64,000 bases of DNA from Myxococcota bacterium. Its GTDB lineage: Bacteria; Myxococcota_A; Polyangia; Nannocystales; Nannocystaceae. Location: contig JBCCWC010000012.1 of the NCBI GenBank assembly GCA_039194325.1, positions 1-64,000 on the forward strand. Direction: 5' to 3'. How positions within the stretch are numbered: the stretch's first letter is position 1; each line of letters opens with the position of its first letter. This document shows positions 9,197 through 18,664 of the stretch, piece after piece. Both the position numbers and the translations under genes were made by a program. The notes under the pieces are model-generated. The model did no database searches and was not told the origin of the DNA. It worked only from the letters and a program-made list of their open reading frames with translations.

Positions 9197-11755
9197 ATGG
9201 GCGTGATCGGTCGCATGCTGCTGCTGCTGCTTGCGCTCTCGAGCATGACCGCATGCCGCGACGACCTTGATCTGCCGGTCGCGGAGTGGACCCTGGCGGT
9301 CGAGGGCGAGCCGGAGGCGATCCCGGTGCACCTGCCGACGCACCTCGACGCGCACCTGCCCCGAGACAACACCCGCTATGTGCTCCGAGCACAGGTGGAC
9401 CCGGGGCCGCTGCGAGGGCAGGCACTGCGCCTGGTGATCCCGCACTTTGAGGGGATCACCGAGCTGCTGGTCAACGGCGAGCGGGCGCTCCCGGTGCAGT
9501 ACGAGCCCATCGAGATCTATCGCCACGCCGGTCCGCATGTGTGGGATCTGCCCGAGGCCTCCAGTGTGGCCCCAACGCTGCGCCTGGTGCTGACCGTCGA
9601 CCATCGCTGGACGCAGAGCGGCTGGCTGGGCACCGTGCCCCAGCTGCGCCGCCGCGGCCGGCTGGGTGGACATGCACTGGCCGTGCTGGTGGTCAACGAC
9701 TTTACCGCGGTGGCGACCCTCGCGAGCCTCCTGCTCATCGGGATCATGTCGCTGGGAGTCTACCGGGCGGATCGCTCGGTCGACAGCTACCTGTGGTTCT
9801 CGGTGCAGCTGCTGTCGGCGTCGTACTATCCGCTGCACGTCTCGGGCTACAGCCAGGTGCTGGTGGGTCCCTACGACACGCTGGTGGTGGTGCTGCTGCT
9901 CGACCTGGCGCTCTACGCCGCGGTGCGCTTCACCGAGGCGGAGTTCGGGACCAACGAGCCCTCGCGGATCCGACCCTGGACGGTCGGCTTGGCGGTGACC
10001 TGGCTGGCCGCGCTGGTCACCTTCGACCCCTTTTGGATCGGCGTGATCGGAGGCCGCGCGACCGTGCTCTACATGGGCGCCGTATTCACCTATCAGGTGT
10101 GGACGGGGATCAGCTTGGTCCGCCGCACCGAGCGGCCACGAGGCGCGGTCTTGTTTCTATCGAGTTGGGTCGCGCTGGCGCTGACCGCCGCGTTCGACGG
10201 GATCGCCTGGCTCGGCCTGGGAGAGCCACTGGGGGGCGTGCGGGGTGGCTGCGTGGGCTTGGGAACCTTTGCGTTGATAAGCGCGCTACGGCTGACCCGC
10301 GAGCACATTCACTCGATCATGACCACCGATCACCTCAACCGGCAGCTCGAGCGCCGGGTCGACGCGCTGGAGATCAAGCGCGGCGAGATCGAGGAGCTCA
10401 ACGTGCGGCTGCGGGATCAGATGAGCCACCGCTCGCGTCAGCTCTTTGCGCTGCTCAGTCAGCTGCCCAACGCCGGCGTGAACCCGCGGCTACAGCTGAT
10501 GCCCGGGGACGTGATCAACGGTCGCTACCGCGTGACGCACGAGCTGGGCGCGGGGGGCATGGGGGTGGTCTATGCGGTGCTGCGGCTGGCCGACGAGATG
10601 CCGCTGGCGCTCAAGATCACGGTGCAGGGCGACGCCTGGGGCCTGGCTCGGCTCGCCCGCGAGGCCGAGATCGCCATGCTGGTGGATCACCCCAACGTGG
10701 TCGCGGTCACCGACGTAGACATCGACCCGCGGCGAGGGTTCTTGTACATGGTGATGGAGCACGTCGACGGCCCCTCGCTGGCCGAGCACAAGCAGGGCTT
10801 CGGCCAAGACCAGGACTGGGCGCTCGACGTGCTGCGGCAGCTGGCCAGCGGCCTGGCGGCGCTGCACACCGCCGGGGTGGTCCACCGCGATCTCAAGCCG
10901 GCCAACATCTTGCTGGTGATGAACGACGCCGACGAGGGACCTCGGGTCAAGCTCACCGATTTCGGGATCTCGCGCACCCTCGAGCCGAGTGGAGATCCGA
11001 GCGAGACGCGGCCCGAGGATTCCGACGTGATGATGCCGGTGGTGCGCTCCAAGGCGCTCGACCCGGCCACGCGGCGCCTGCTGGACGCCGAGGTCCGCGG
11101 ACAGGCGGCCGCGGCCTCGCTGGCCCAGCACGAGCAACTCGTACCGAGGCCCCGGCGGGTGCAGGATCCCGCGGCGGCCCACGACGAGTCGACCCGAGAG
11201 CTGCGGGTGGACGAGGTCAAGGAGCTGGAGCTGTGGGAGCCCAGCTCACCGCTGACGCAGGCCGGCTGCATCGTGGGCACCCCTGTATTCATGGCACCCG
11301 AGCTGGGGCTGGATCCCCCGGTGATCAGCGCGGCGGCCGACATCTTCAGCTTCGGGGTGCTCGCCCACCAGCTGCTCACCGGGCGACGCCCCTTTACCGA
11401 GCCCCCGGTGATGGCGGTCGCCGAAGGCCGCCCGCCGCCCGAGCCACAGCTAGCCCTCAAGGCGCTCCCGGGCCCGCTGCATGCCCCCCTGCGGGCCTGC
11501 CTGAGCTTCGACTCCGGGTCACGCCCGAGCGCCGCACGGCTGGCCGAGGTGGTCGAGGCGCTCATCGCCCGCCGACGAGCCGGACTGTCTGCCGGACTGT
11601 CTGCCGGACTGCCCGCTGGACTGTCCGCCGGACTGCCCGCCGGACTGCCCGCCGAGATGGTCGAGGTGGGCGAGCATCGTGTTCGGGCCAAGGATCCCGA
11701 CGCCCCGCGACCACGGGAGCACGAGACCTCGCCGCCCGAGCCCCATGCGGCTTGA
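9197..11755 (+). CDS. Membrane Ser/Thr kinase: periplasmic jelly-roll-like domain, about 7 TM helices, coiled coil, kinase
   Basis: Signal/lipobox (SSMTAC), multiple hydrophobic helices, and GAGGMG, HRDLKPAN, DFG, GTPVFMAPE motifs. Confidence 0.9.
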   Translation: MGVIGRMLLLLLALSSMTACRDDLDLPVAEWTLAVEGEPEAIPVHLPTHLDAHLPRDNTRYVLRAQVDPGPLRGQALRLVIPHFEGITELLVNGERALPVQYEPIEIYRHAGPHVWDLPEASSVAPTLRLVLTVDHRWTQSGWLGTVPQLRRRGRLGGHALAVLVVNDFTAVATLASLLLIGIMSLGVYRADRSVDSYLWFSVQLLSASYYPLHVSGYSQVLVGPYDTLVVVLLLDLALYAAVRFTEAEFGTNEPSRIRPWTVGLAVTWLAALVTFDPFWIGVIGGRATVLYMGAVFTYQVWTGISLVRRTERPRGAVLFLSSWVALALTAAFDGIAWLGLGEPLGGVRGGCVGLGTFALISALRLTREHIHSIMTTDHLNRQLERRVDALEIKRGEIEELNVRLRDQMSHRSRQLFALLSQLPNAGVNPRLQLMPGDVINGRYRVTHELGAGGMGVVYAVLRLADEMPLALKITVQGDAWGLARLAREAEIAMLVDHPNVVAVTDVDIDPRRGFLYMVMEHVDGPSLAEHKQGFGQDQDWALDVLRQLASGLAALHTAGVVHRDLKPANILLVMNDADEGPRVKLTDFGISRTLEPSGDPSETRPEDSDVMMPVVRSKALDPATRRLLDAEVRGQAAAASLAQHEQLVPRPRRVQDPAAAHDESTRELRVDEVKELELWEPSSPLTQAGCIVGTPVFMAPELGLDPPVISAAADIFSFGVLAHQLLTGRRPFTEPPVMAVAEGRPPPEPQLALKALPGPLHAPLRACLSFDSGSRPSAARLAEVVEALIARRRAGLSAGLSAGLPAGLSAGLPAGLPAEMVEVGEHRVRAKDPDAPRPREHETSPPEPHAA
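11579..11650 (+). repeat. 12-bp tandem repeat x6 (GCCGGACTGTCT/CCC) encoding AGL(S/P) in the kinase tail
   Basis: Read directly from the sequence. Confidence 0.9.
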
Positions 11756-11818
11756 CCGAACATGCCCAAGCGAACACAGCCTATCGAATACACCTGGCCG
11801 CATAGGCCCGGCATGGGC

Positions 11819-12412
11819 TCAGCGCTTGCCCGCGTTGCGGCGGATGTAGCCCGGGAGCGACTCGAGCGCGTAGACGTTCTCGGAGTCCGGCTTGCGCTCG
11901 CCGACCTCGAGGTGACCGATCGCCGCGGCTGCCTCTTCGCCGAGCCCGGCCTCGAGCATTTGCAGGGCCATGCCCGACCATTCTTCGAGGTTGGGGTTGG
12001 GTACGAATAGGCGGATCGCCAGCTGGCCCGGCGCTACGTTGGCGTCGATCGGCTGGAAGCTGAGCCGGTTGGCGCCAAAGACGATGTTGCCCAGGTGAAC
12101 CTCGAAATCGAACCCCTTGGGCGGCCGCAGGGCGATGAACGACCAGCCGCGAATGGACGGAGCGGTCTTGACCAGCTCCTTGACCAGCGCAAAGGCTTCG
12201 GGCTTGCCCCCGGCCGTGATCACGACCTCACGGGTGCCGCTGTTGTCGGTGATCTCGACGCCTAGGCGCGGATCGATCTCTTGGAGGCCCTGGGTCAGGA
12301 CCTCGGTCGCGACCTCGACGCTCGCGGTCGCGACCCGATCGATCCGAGCATTCAGCCAGCTCCAGTCCGCCTTGCTCATGGCTGGTGCCATAGCACACCT
12401 CGCTCGCGTCAT
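11819..12412 (-). CDS. Conserved hypothetical protein; true start may be the ATG at 12380
   Basis: Globular-looking ORF (REVVITAGG...APSIRGWSFIALRPP) with typical codon bias. Confidence 0.7.
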   Translation of the reverse strand: MTRARCAMAPAMSKADWSWLNARIDRVATASVEVATEVLTQGLQEIDPRLGVEITDNSGTREVVITAGGKPEAFALVKELVKTAPSIRGWSFIALRPPKGFDFEVHLGNIVFGANRLSFQPIDANVAPGQLAIRLFVPNPNLEEWSGMALQMLEAGLGEEAAAAIGHLEVGERKPDSENVYALESLPGYIRRNAGKR

Positions 12413-12564
12413 GGCGCGCTCGAGTGTCTGCCGTGGGCCCCCGGCTCGGCGCAGCGATTGCGTGGGACCCGACCCGGAGCTCGAAGATCCCGCGCTCTAG
12501 CCCCCAGCGCGATCAGGGTCCCGCTCCGAGGGACCGTGATAGAACGACGGCCAGTCGCGCCGTC

Positions 12565-13833
12565 ATGAGCCAAGAAGATACGATCGAGCAATCCGTCGGG
12601 TCGTCCTCGGTCGACCCGCCGGGCTACATCCACCTCAGCGCGGCCGTGTCCGACTGCGGCCGCCGCGACAGCAACCAGGACTCGTTCCTGCTGGAAGACG
12701 ACCTGGGGCTTTATGTGGTGGCCGACGGAGTCGGCGGGCACCAGGCGGGAGACGTGGCCTCGAGCATGGCCACCAAGGTCCTGCGCGACATCGTGAGCCA
12801 CTGGCGCAAGGACGACCAGGGACAGCACGAGAAGGCGTGGTCGGTGATCCACCGGGCCATGGAGTCCGCATGCGCCACCATTCACCGCGCCGCCAAGGAC
12901 GACCCCAAGCTGGCCGGGATGAGCACGACGCTGACCGCGGTGCTCATCGACGGCGACCGGGCGGTGATGGGGCACGTGGGCGACAGCCGGCTCTACCTGC
13001 TGCGCGGAGGCACCCTGGAGCAGATCAGCACCGACCACACCCTGGCCGCCGAGCTCTACCGGGGCGGGGTGATCACCCGCGAGCACATCGAGCGCCACCC
13101 CCACTCGCACGTGCTGACCCGCAACGTGGGCACCCAGTCCTCGGTGATGGTCGAGACCCTGCGGCTGGAGGTGCGCCCCGGCGATCTGCTGCTGCTATGC
13201 TCGGACGGGCTCAACCCGGCCCTCGACCCGCCCGACGCCGCGCTCGAGCTGCTCGACGCGCCTGCCGATCTGGCCGGCGCGCTGGGCAGCCTGGTCGAGC
13301 GCGCCAAGGCGGCAGGCTCCCGCGACAACATCACCGCGGTGGCCTGGCGGCGTGACGGAGGGGCTCAGTCGCTCACCCGTCCCGTGGTGGAGGCGCTGCG
13401 CTCGGTGCCGATCTTCACCCACCTCGACCTGGCCGATCTGGCCCGGGTGGCCAGCGAGATGAGCCCCCGTTCGTACGACGCGGGCCAGACGGTGCTCCAC
13501 CGGGGCGACCGCAACGGGGCGCTCTATGTGGTGCTCGACGGCCAGCTGCGCTGGGAGCTGCCCTCGGGTCACTTCGCCTACCTCGAGCCCGGCAACGGGA
13601 TCGGCACCACCACGCTGGTCGCCGCTCGCCGCAGCCCCGCCACCCTCAGCGCCGAGCAGGCCAGCCGGGTGCTGATGCTGGGCACCGAGGAGTTTCGCCG
13701 CCTGTGCCGACGACGGCCGCGGCTAGGTACGATGCTGCTGGCCGCGCTGGCGGACGAGCTCAGCGACTGGATCGATCCAGACACAGACCGCGGGGAGGCT
13801 CGGCCGCCGCATGGGTTGTTGGTGGAGTATTGA
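12565..13833 (+). CDS. PP2C/Stp1-family protein phosphatase with a C-terminal cyclic-nucleotide-binding domain
   Basis: NQDS, VADGVGG, HVGDSRLY, DH, LLCSDG and DNITA motifs; cNMP-like region (LRSVPIFTHL...LYVVLDG). Confidence 0.92.
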   Translation: MSQEDTIEQSVGSSSVDPPGYIHLSAAVSDCGRRDSNQDSFLLEDDLGLYVVADGVGGHQAGDVASSMATKVLRDIVSHWRKDDQGQHEKAWSVIHRAMESACATIHRAAKDDPKLAGMSTTLTAVLIDGDRAVMGHVGDSRLYLLRGGTLEQISTDHTLAAELYRGGVITREHIERHPHSHVLTRNVGTQSSVMVETLRLEVRPGDLLLLCSDGLNPALDPPDAALELLDAPADLAGALGSLVERAKAAGSRDNITAVAWRRDGGAQSLTRPVVEALRSVPIFTHLDLADLARVASEMSPRSYDAGQTVLHRGDRNGALYVVLDGQLRWELPSGHFAYLEPGNGIGTTTLVAARRSPATLSAEQASRVLMLGTEEFRRLCRRRPRLGTMLLAALADELSDWIDPDTDRGEARPPHGLLVEY

Positions 13834-13956
13834 AGCCGATGCGGGTTGTTGTCCCTGGTCTACGCCCAGTCTGGCCGCCGTACCAGCAGATCGGTGACGA
13901 CATTTCGAGTGCCCATCGTTGGTTCTTGACGTCACGGTTCGATACTGTCGACACGC

Positions 13957-14220
13957 ATGATCCACGAACTCAAGCTGTCGGGGGTCGGCCCGACCGATGA
14001 ACTCGAGATCGAGCTCCAGCCCCGAGTCAACTTGATCGTTGGCGACAACGGCCTCGGCAAGACGTTCTTGCTCGACGTTGCTTGGTGGGTGCTGAGTCGA
14101 TCATGGGCGAGCCCGTATCAGGCGCTGCCTCGACGACATACGCAAAAAGCCAGGATCGAGTATGTCGTCGACATCAAGAGCGCCAAGAAGAAAGCCAGCG
14201 CCAAGCAAAGTCGGTGCTAG
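13957..14220 (+). pseudogene. Truncated AAA (AAA_15/AAA_21-type) ATPase; N-terminus only
   Basis: MIHELKLSGVGP...VNLIVGDNGLGKT (Walker A), then a stop after 87 aa with no Walker B. Confidence 0.75.
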
Positions 14221-14250
14221 TGCGAGTACGCTGCACTGGTGGCTCGATGC

Positions 14251-14856
14251 TCACCACTGCAGGACCACCGGAGACGTGGAGTCCCGCTTGTCGGCGAGCT
14301 CGACGCAGTGCGCCACGTGAGTCTCGAACAGCTCCACCGTGAGTTCGGATTCGAACGCGTAGAAGTGACCGAAGCTGCCCGAGCCAGCGTGGAGCTCGAC
14401 CCGGTCGAGCAGCGACTGACTGAACAACGAGCCGAACACATGGCAGTACTCGTCACTCTCGAACTCCGAGGCATCGACGCCGCCACTCGCAGGCTCGATG
14501 CGGATGGTGTCGAACAACGCGGACCAGCTGGGGCGGAGCCCCCGACGGATCCCGACCAGTCGCAGCAGGCGATCCGAGAGCCCGCGACGCCGCGCAGAGC
14601 CCTCGAACCGCAGCCCCTGGTCCTCGACGAAGAACTCGAGGTGGTTGGAGACGCTCGAGTGGATGCAGGCGACGCGCCTGCCTCCATACTGGCCCGACAG
14701 CGCGACGCGCAGCTCCGGCACGTCGGAGGCGTTATCGGCATTGTGGTGGCTAATATCGAGGCGGTCCTCGTGGAGCAGATCCGCCCACGCCTGCAACTTA
14801 GTAGAGGCATCCGTCGGCACGCCGCGGTTGTACCATTGGTGATCGGCGGTGATCAC
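14251..14856 (-). CDS. Hypothetical protein (cargo region)
   Basis: A ~190-200-aa ORF with a globular, aromatic-rich composition; start uncertain. Confidence 0.5.
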   Translation of the reverse strand: MITADHQWYNRGVPTDASTKLQAWADLLHEDRLDISHHNADNASDVPELRVALSGQYGGRRVACIHSSVSNHLEFFVEDQGLRFEGSARRRGLSDRLLRLVGIRRGLRPSWSALFDTIRIEPASGGVDASEFESDEYCHVFGSLFSQSLLDRVELHAGSGSFGHFYAFESELTVELFETHVAHCVELADKRDSTSPVVLQW

Positions 14857-15090
14857 CCTCGCCTGTCCGTCGCCGATTCGGCCGAGCCGTCGTCCCCGGT
14901 CACGTTACAAAGTCGGCAGGCGACGATGCAATGGGTCCCGCTCTCCGCTTGATCGAGCTGTCGTTGGAGATCGCGGTGCCCACCTGTCTGCCGTTCTCTC
15001 GACGGTCTGGTCGGATATGCACATGGGCTGATTGATTCGCGAGGCGTTCGCCCATCATTGTGGATACGCAGCGATGTCGGACCGAAAGCG

Positions 15091-15141
15091 GACGATGATC
15101 TCACCGAGATCGAGCACTCGCTCGCCGAGCACCACCCCCCG
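15091..15141 (+). pseudogene. Relic C-terminus of a kinase-TPR gene (DDDLTEIEHSLAEHHPP)
   Basis: 15094-15132 matches 17837-17875 (DELAEVEQWLAEH) at 33 of 39 nt by manual count. Confidence 0.55.
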
Positions 15142-15229
15142 GTCGCCCGACCTCGGTCGAACGCGAGGGCGATGATTTCATCGCCCCGGAGCCCCGCTCA
15201 AGGATGCTAGTCTGATCCAGATCAAGCCA

Positions 15230-17887
15230 TTGGACGAATCAAGACATTCCTTGAGTCCCAGATCGGGACCCGACGATTCCGAACCGCCGACCCGCAACCT
15301 CGATGGCTCGGTTCCGCTGGACGCGTCGCCGGCCGACTCGGCCACGATGACCGTCGGCCAACAGGATGGGTCGTCGTCGACTCCCAGGGCTCGTCCCGGG
15401 CACACCGACTCGATCCCTCCCGAGTCGGCAATCGGCACCTTCATCGGATCCTACCTGGTAATCGACCACCTGGGCGCCGGCGGCATGGGTCGGGTGTATC
15501 GGGCCTTCGACCGTCGCCTGGACCGGCAGGTAGCGCTCAAGGTACTGCACCGCGATCTGGAATCACGGCATCGGGACCGGCTGGTACGGGAAGCCCGGGC
15601 CCTGGCCAAGCTGTCGCATCCCAACGTGGTGCAGGTCCACGAGGTGAGCGAGTCGGAGGGCCGGACGTTCGTGGCCATGGAGTTGGCGTCGGGCCAGACT
15701 CTTCGCCGTTGGGTCGCACAAGATCCTCGGCCCGGCTGGCGGGAATGCGTAGAAGCCTACCGGCAGGCGGGGGCGGGCCTCGTCGCCGCGCACGAGCATG
15801 GCCTGGTGCACCGGGATTTCAAGCCCAGCAATGCCATCATCGACTACAAGGGTCGGGTGCGGGTGCTGGATTTCGGGCTGGCCCGCACCTCGGCCAACAC
15901 GAACATGGACGAGCGCGGGAGTCCTGCGACGTCCACCTCATCGTCGGGCGACGACCATGGGTCCGAACGACTTACCCAGACGGGGATCGTGATGGGTACG
16001 CCCGGCTACATGTCGATCGAGCAGATCAGAGGCGAGGAGGTCGACGCCCGCAGCGACCAGTTCAGCTTCTGTGTATCGCTGTACGAGGCGGTCTACGGGC
16101 GACGGCCGTTCCCGGGCCGAACGATCGACGAGCTCGAAGTTACGATCGGTGCCAGAGCGTTCGTCCCGGTGCCGTCTGGCGCGCGGATTCCGACGAAGCT
16201 ACGAGAGTTGCTGGTGCGAGGGTTGGCCGCTAAGCCCGACGATCGATGGCCGTCGATGGATGCGCTGCTGGCCGAGCTGCAACGGCTGGTCTCGCCACGA
16301 TCGCGGAGTTGGTGGGTGCTGGGGGCGGGGGTGACGCTAGGGTTGGCCACACTCGGGGCGGGGATGGCCTACCGGGCCGACGTCGCGCACCAGGCCGCGC
16401 TCGGGCAACGCTGCTCGGGCGCACGAGCCCAGCTCGATGGAGTCTGGGACGAGGCTCGCCGCCAGCAGGTGCAGGACGCCATCCTCGGCGTAGAGCGGCC
16501 CTATGCCTCGGATGTGTGGGCGCGGGTGGAGCCACGGCTGGACGAGTACGCCGACGCGTGGGCGAGCAAGCACACCGAGGTCTGCGAGGCGACCAGCATC
16601 CGCCAAGAGCAGACCGAAGAGATGATGGGATTGCGCATGACGTGCCTGTACCGACGCCGAGCGGCCCTGAAAGCCGCGATCGACGTGCTGGCCCGGGCCG
16701 ACGCCCAGATGCTCCCGAACACAGTGAGCGTGGCGCGTGGCTTGCCCAGCCTCGACCCCTGCGACGACGTCGCGCACCTCGAGCAACAGGGCCAGCGTAT
16801 GCCTCCACCCGAAGACCCCGAGGTCGCCCGACAGGTGGAGGTCGTCAGAGACCGACTGGCTCAGATCGGGGCGGAGCGACTGGCCGGCCAGTATGCCCAG
16901 GGCCTCGAGCACATCGAAGTCGTCGTCGAGCAAGCGCGAGCGCTCGACTACGGCCCGCTGCTGGCCGAGGTCCTCTTCGAACGAGGACTCTTGCTCAACA
17001 TGAACGGCCAGTACCTCGAAGCCGAGCAAGAGCTGGAACGAGCGCTCGAACAGGCCGCCGAGCACGGGAACGACCGGGCGGAAGCCATGGCAATGGGAAT
17101 TCTCGCCTGGGTCGTCGGCTCCGAGCAAGATCGGCACGGAGCCGGGATGGTGTGGGGGAAGGTCGCCTTGGCACGGTCTTGGAGGCTCGGGCAACCCGCC
17201 CGGGCCAATGTCCAGGCGAGTGCCCTGAACATTGCGGGCCTGGTGCACGCCAGGCAGGGCAAGCTCGACGACGCTCTACACTATTTCCAGCGCACCTTGG
17301 CCGTTGTCGAAGAATCGCTGGGCCCCAGGCACCCCCAGGTCAGCCCGGCGCTGAACAGCATCGGCGTGGTGCTTGCCAACCAGGGCAAGTTCGATGACGC
17401 CTTGCTTCTCCTCCAGCGCTCCTTGACCCTGGAAGAAGAAGAGCTCGGTCCCCATCATCCTGCCGTCGCCGGCTCGCTCGTCAACATCGGCGATATGCTC
17501 GTCGATCAGGGCAAGCTCGACGATGCCCGACTCCACTTCCAGCGCGCCCTGAAGGTCCAAGAAGAAGCGCTGGGCCCCCGGCATCCGCACGTCGTCTACC
17601 CACTGATAGGACTCACCAAGATCGCCCTCAAGCAGCACGACACGGACACGAGTCGCCGGCACGCCGAGCGTGCCGTTTCGATCGGCGAGACCACCACGAT
17701 GCCCCCGACTCGACGCGCCTCGGCTCGATTCCTCCTGGCCCGAAGCCTGTGGCCCACCCCGCACGAGCGCCCGCGTGCCCGTGCCCTGGCCGAGCAGTCC
17801 CGCGATGCATACGTCAAAGACAGCGTCGGCCACAAAGACGAGCTCGCCGAGGTCGAGCAGTGGCTCGCCGAGCACGGCGTCCCATAG
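15230..17887 (+). CDS. Serine/threonine protein kinase with TPR repeats (paralog of 2093-5437)
   Basis: GAGGMG, HRDFKPSN, DFG and GTPGYMS motifs; LGPRHP-type TPRs. Confidence 0.95.
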   Translation: MDESRHSLSPRSGPDDSEPPTRNLDGSVPLDASPADSATMTVGQQDGSSSTPRARPGHTDSIPPESAIGTFIGSYLVIDHLGAGGMGRVYRAFDRRLDRQVALKVLHRDLESRHRDRLVREARALAKLSHPNVVQVHEVSESEGRTFVAMELASGQTLRRWVAQDPRPGWRECVEAYRQAGAGLVAAHEHGLVHRDFKPSNAIIDYKGRVRVLDFGLARTSANTNMDERGSPATSTSSSGDDHGSERLTQTGIVMGTPGYMSIEQIRGEEVDARSDQFSFCVSLYEAVYGRRPFPGRTIDELEVTIGARAFVPVPSGARIPTKLRELLVRGLAAKPDDRWPSMDALLAELQRLVSPRSRSWWVLGAGVTLGLATLGAGMAYRADVAHQAALGQRCSGARAQLDGVWDEARRQQVQDAILGVERPYASDVWARVEPRLDEYADAWASKHTEVCEATSIRQEQTEEMMGLRMTCLYRRRAALKAAIDVLARADAQMLPNTVSVARGLPSLDPCDDVAHLEQQGQRMPPPEDPEVARQVEVVRDRLAQIGAERLAGQYAQGLEHIEVVVEQARALDYGPLLAEVLFERGLLLNMNGQYLEAEQELERALEQAAEHGNDRAEAMAMGILAWVVGSEQDRHGAGMVWGKVALARSWRLGQPARANVQASALNIAGLVHARQGKLDDALHYFQRTLAVVEESLGPRHPQVSPALNSIGVVLANQGKFDDALLLLQRSLTLEEEELGPHHPAVAGSLVNIGDMLVDQGKLDDARLHFQRALKVQEEALGPRHPHVVYPLIGLTKIALKQHDTDTSRRHAERAVSIGETTTMPPTRRASARFLLARSLWPTPHERPRARALAEQSRDAYVKDSVGHKDELAEVEQWLAEHGVP

Positions 17888-17948
17888 GATCGCGGGCCTT
17901 TGCCCGACCACGAAGACCCCGCGCCCTCGTCACTTGGGGGCCCGCTTG

Positions 17949-18133
17949 CCCCCCACATACTTGATCCGCCACAGCACGCCCTCGCGCACCTGCCTGAGCG
18001 CCGGCCGGTTGCCGATCCGCTTGAGGGGCAGCAAGGTATAGAGCGCCGCGCCGGCGGCCACCCGGGCCTCGACGACCTTCAGCGCCGGCCACCGACGGAG
18101 CATGATGTCACGCCGCATCTTCAGCCCGTCACG
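17949..18133 (-). repeat. Diverged direct copy of the 3' end of the DUF2723 gene (18675-18859)
   Basis: Encodes RDGLKMRRDIMLRRWP...GVLWRIKYVGG, nearly identical to the DUF2723 C-terminus at an offset of 726 bp. Confidence 0.95.
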
Positions 18134-18260
18134 ACAGACGCCGCTAGGTACGATCCTGCTGGCCGCGCTGGCGGATGAGCTCAGCGACTGGGTCGATCCA
18201 GTTACGGACCGCGATGAAGCTCGGCCGCCGCATGGGTTGTTGGTGGAGTAGTGAGGCCGA
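18131..18260 (+). repeat. Diverged direct copy of the 3' end of the PP2C gene (13710-13839)
   Basis: Encodes LGTILLAALADELSDWVDP...ARPPHGLLVE*, versus LGTMLLAALADELSDWIDP...ARPPHGLLVEY* in the intact gene; offset 4421 bp. Confidence 0.95.
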
Positions 18261-18418
18261 AGTGGGTCGGCGTGAGCACGTTGGTGCATGGGCATGACCG
18301 GGTTGAATCTCCGGTCTCCATCGTTGATTTGGCGCGATCTTTCCTCGAACAGCCCAAGTACGAATTTCGTGGGAGCAGTAGGTTCGTCGAGCAGGACAAC
18401 ACCAAAAGAGAGACAGAT

Positions 18419-18655
18419 ATGACGAATCAAGTCGCTACAGTCAAAAAGGGAGAGACCATCTATATCTCTGGAGCAAGCGCGAGCCAGAGCGCGGCGGCCT
18501 CGACCATCACGATCACCGGAGGGACAGTGGCCAAGGCCCCGACAGTCGGTCAGACCTATCAGATCGTCGGCTCAGGCGGACTCCTCGACACCTACGGTAC
18601 GTGCACGAGCGCAGACACCGCCACGAGCACCTTCATATTCGAGAACCGCGAGTAA
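18419..18655 (+). CDS. Small Ser/Thr/Ala/Gly-rich hypothetical protein (78 aa)
   Basis: ATG at 18419 follows purine-rich AAAAGAGAGACAG; sequence MTNQVATVKKGETIYISG...FIFENRE*; upstream region is more AT-rich. Confidence 0.65.
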   Translation: MTNQVATVKKGETIYISGASASQSAAASTITITGGTVAKAPTVGQTYQIVGSGGLLDTYGTCTSADTATSTFIFENRE

Positions 18656-18664
18656 GCTCGGGAT

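Noticed and set aside
9541..11805. 754-aa alternative-frame ORF
   Set aside because: Arg/Gly/Ala-rich off-frame shadow of the kinase gene.
17949..18260. Diversity-generating retroelement template/variable repeat pair
   Set aside because: Differences between copies are not confined to adenines, and there is no reverse transcriptase in the window.
17930..18430. 166-aa minus-strand ORF as a real gene
   Set aside because: It is a chimera of the antisense PP2C copy and the DUF2723 3' copy created by the duplication junction.
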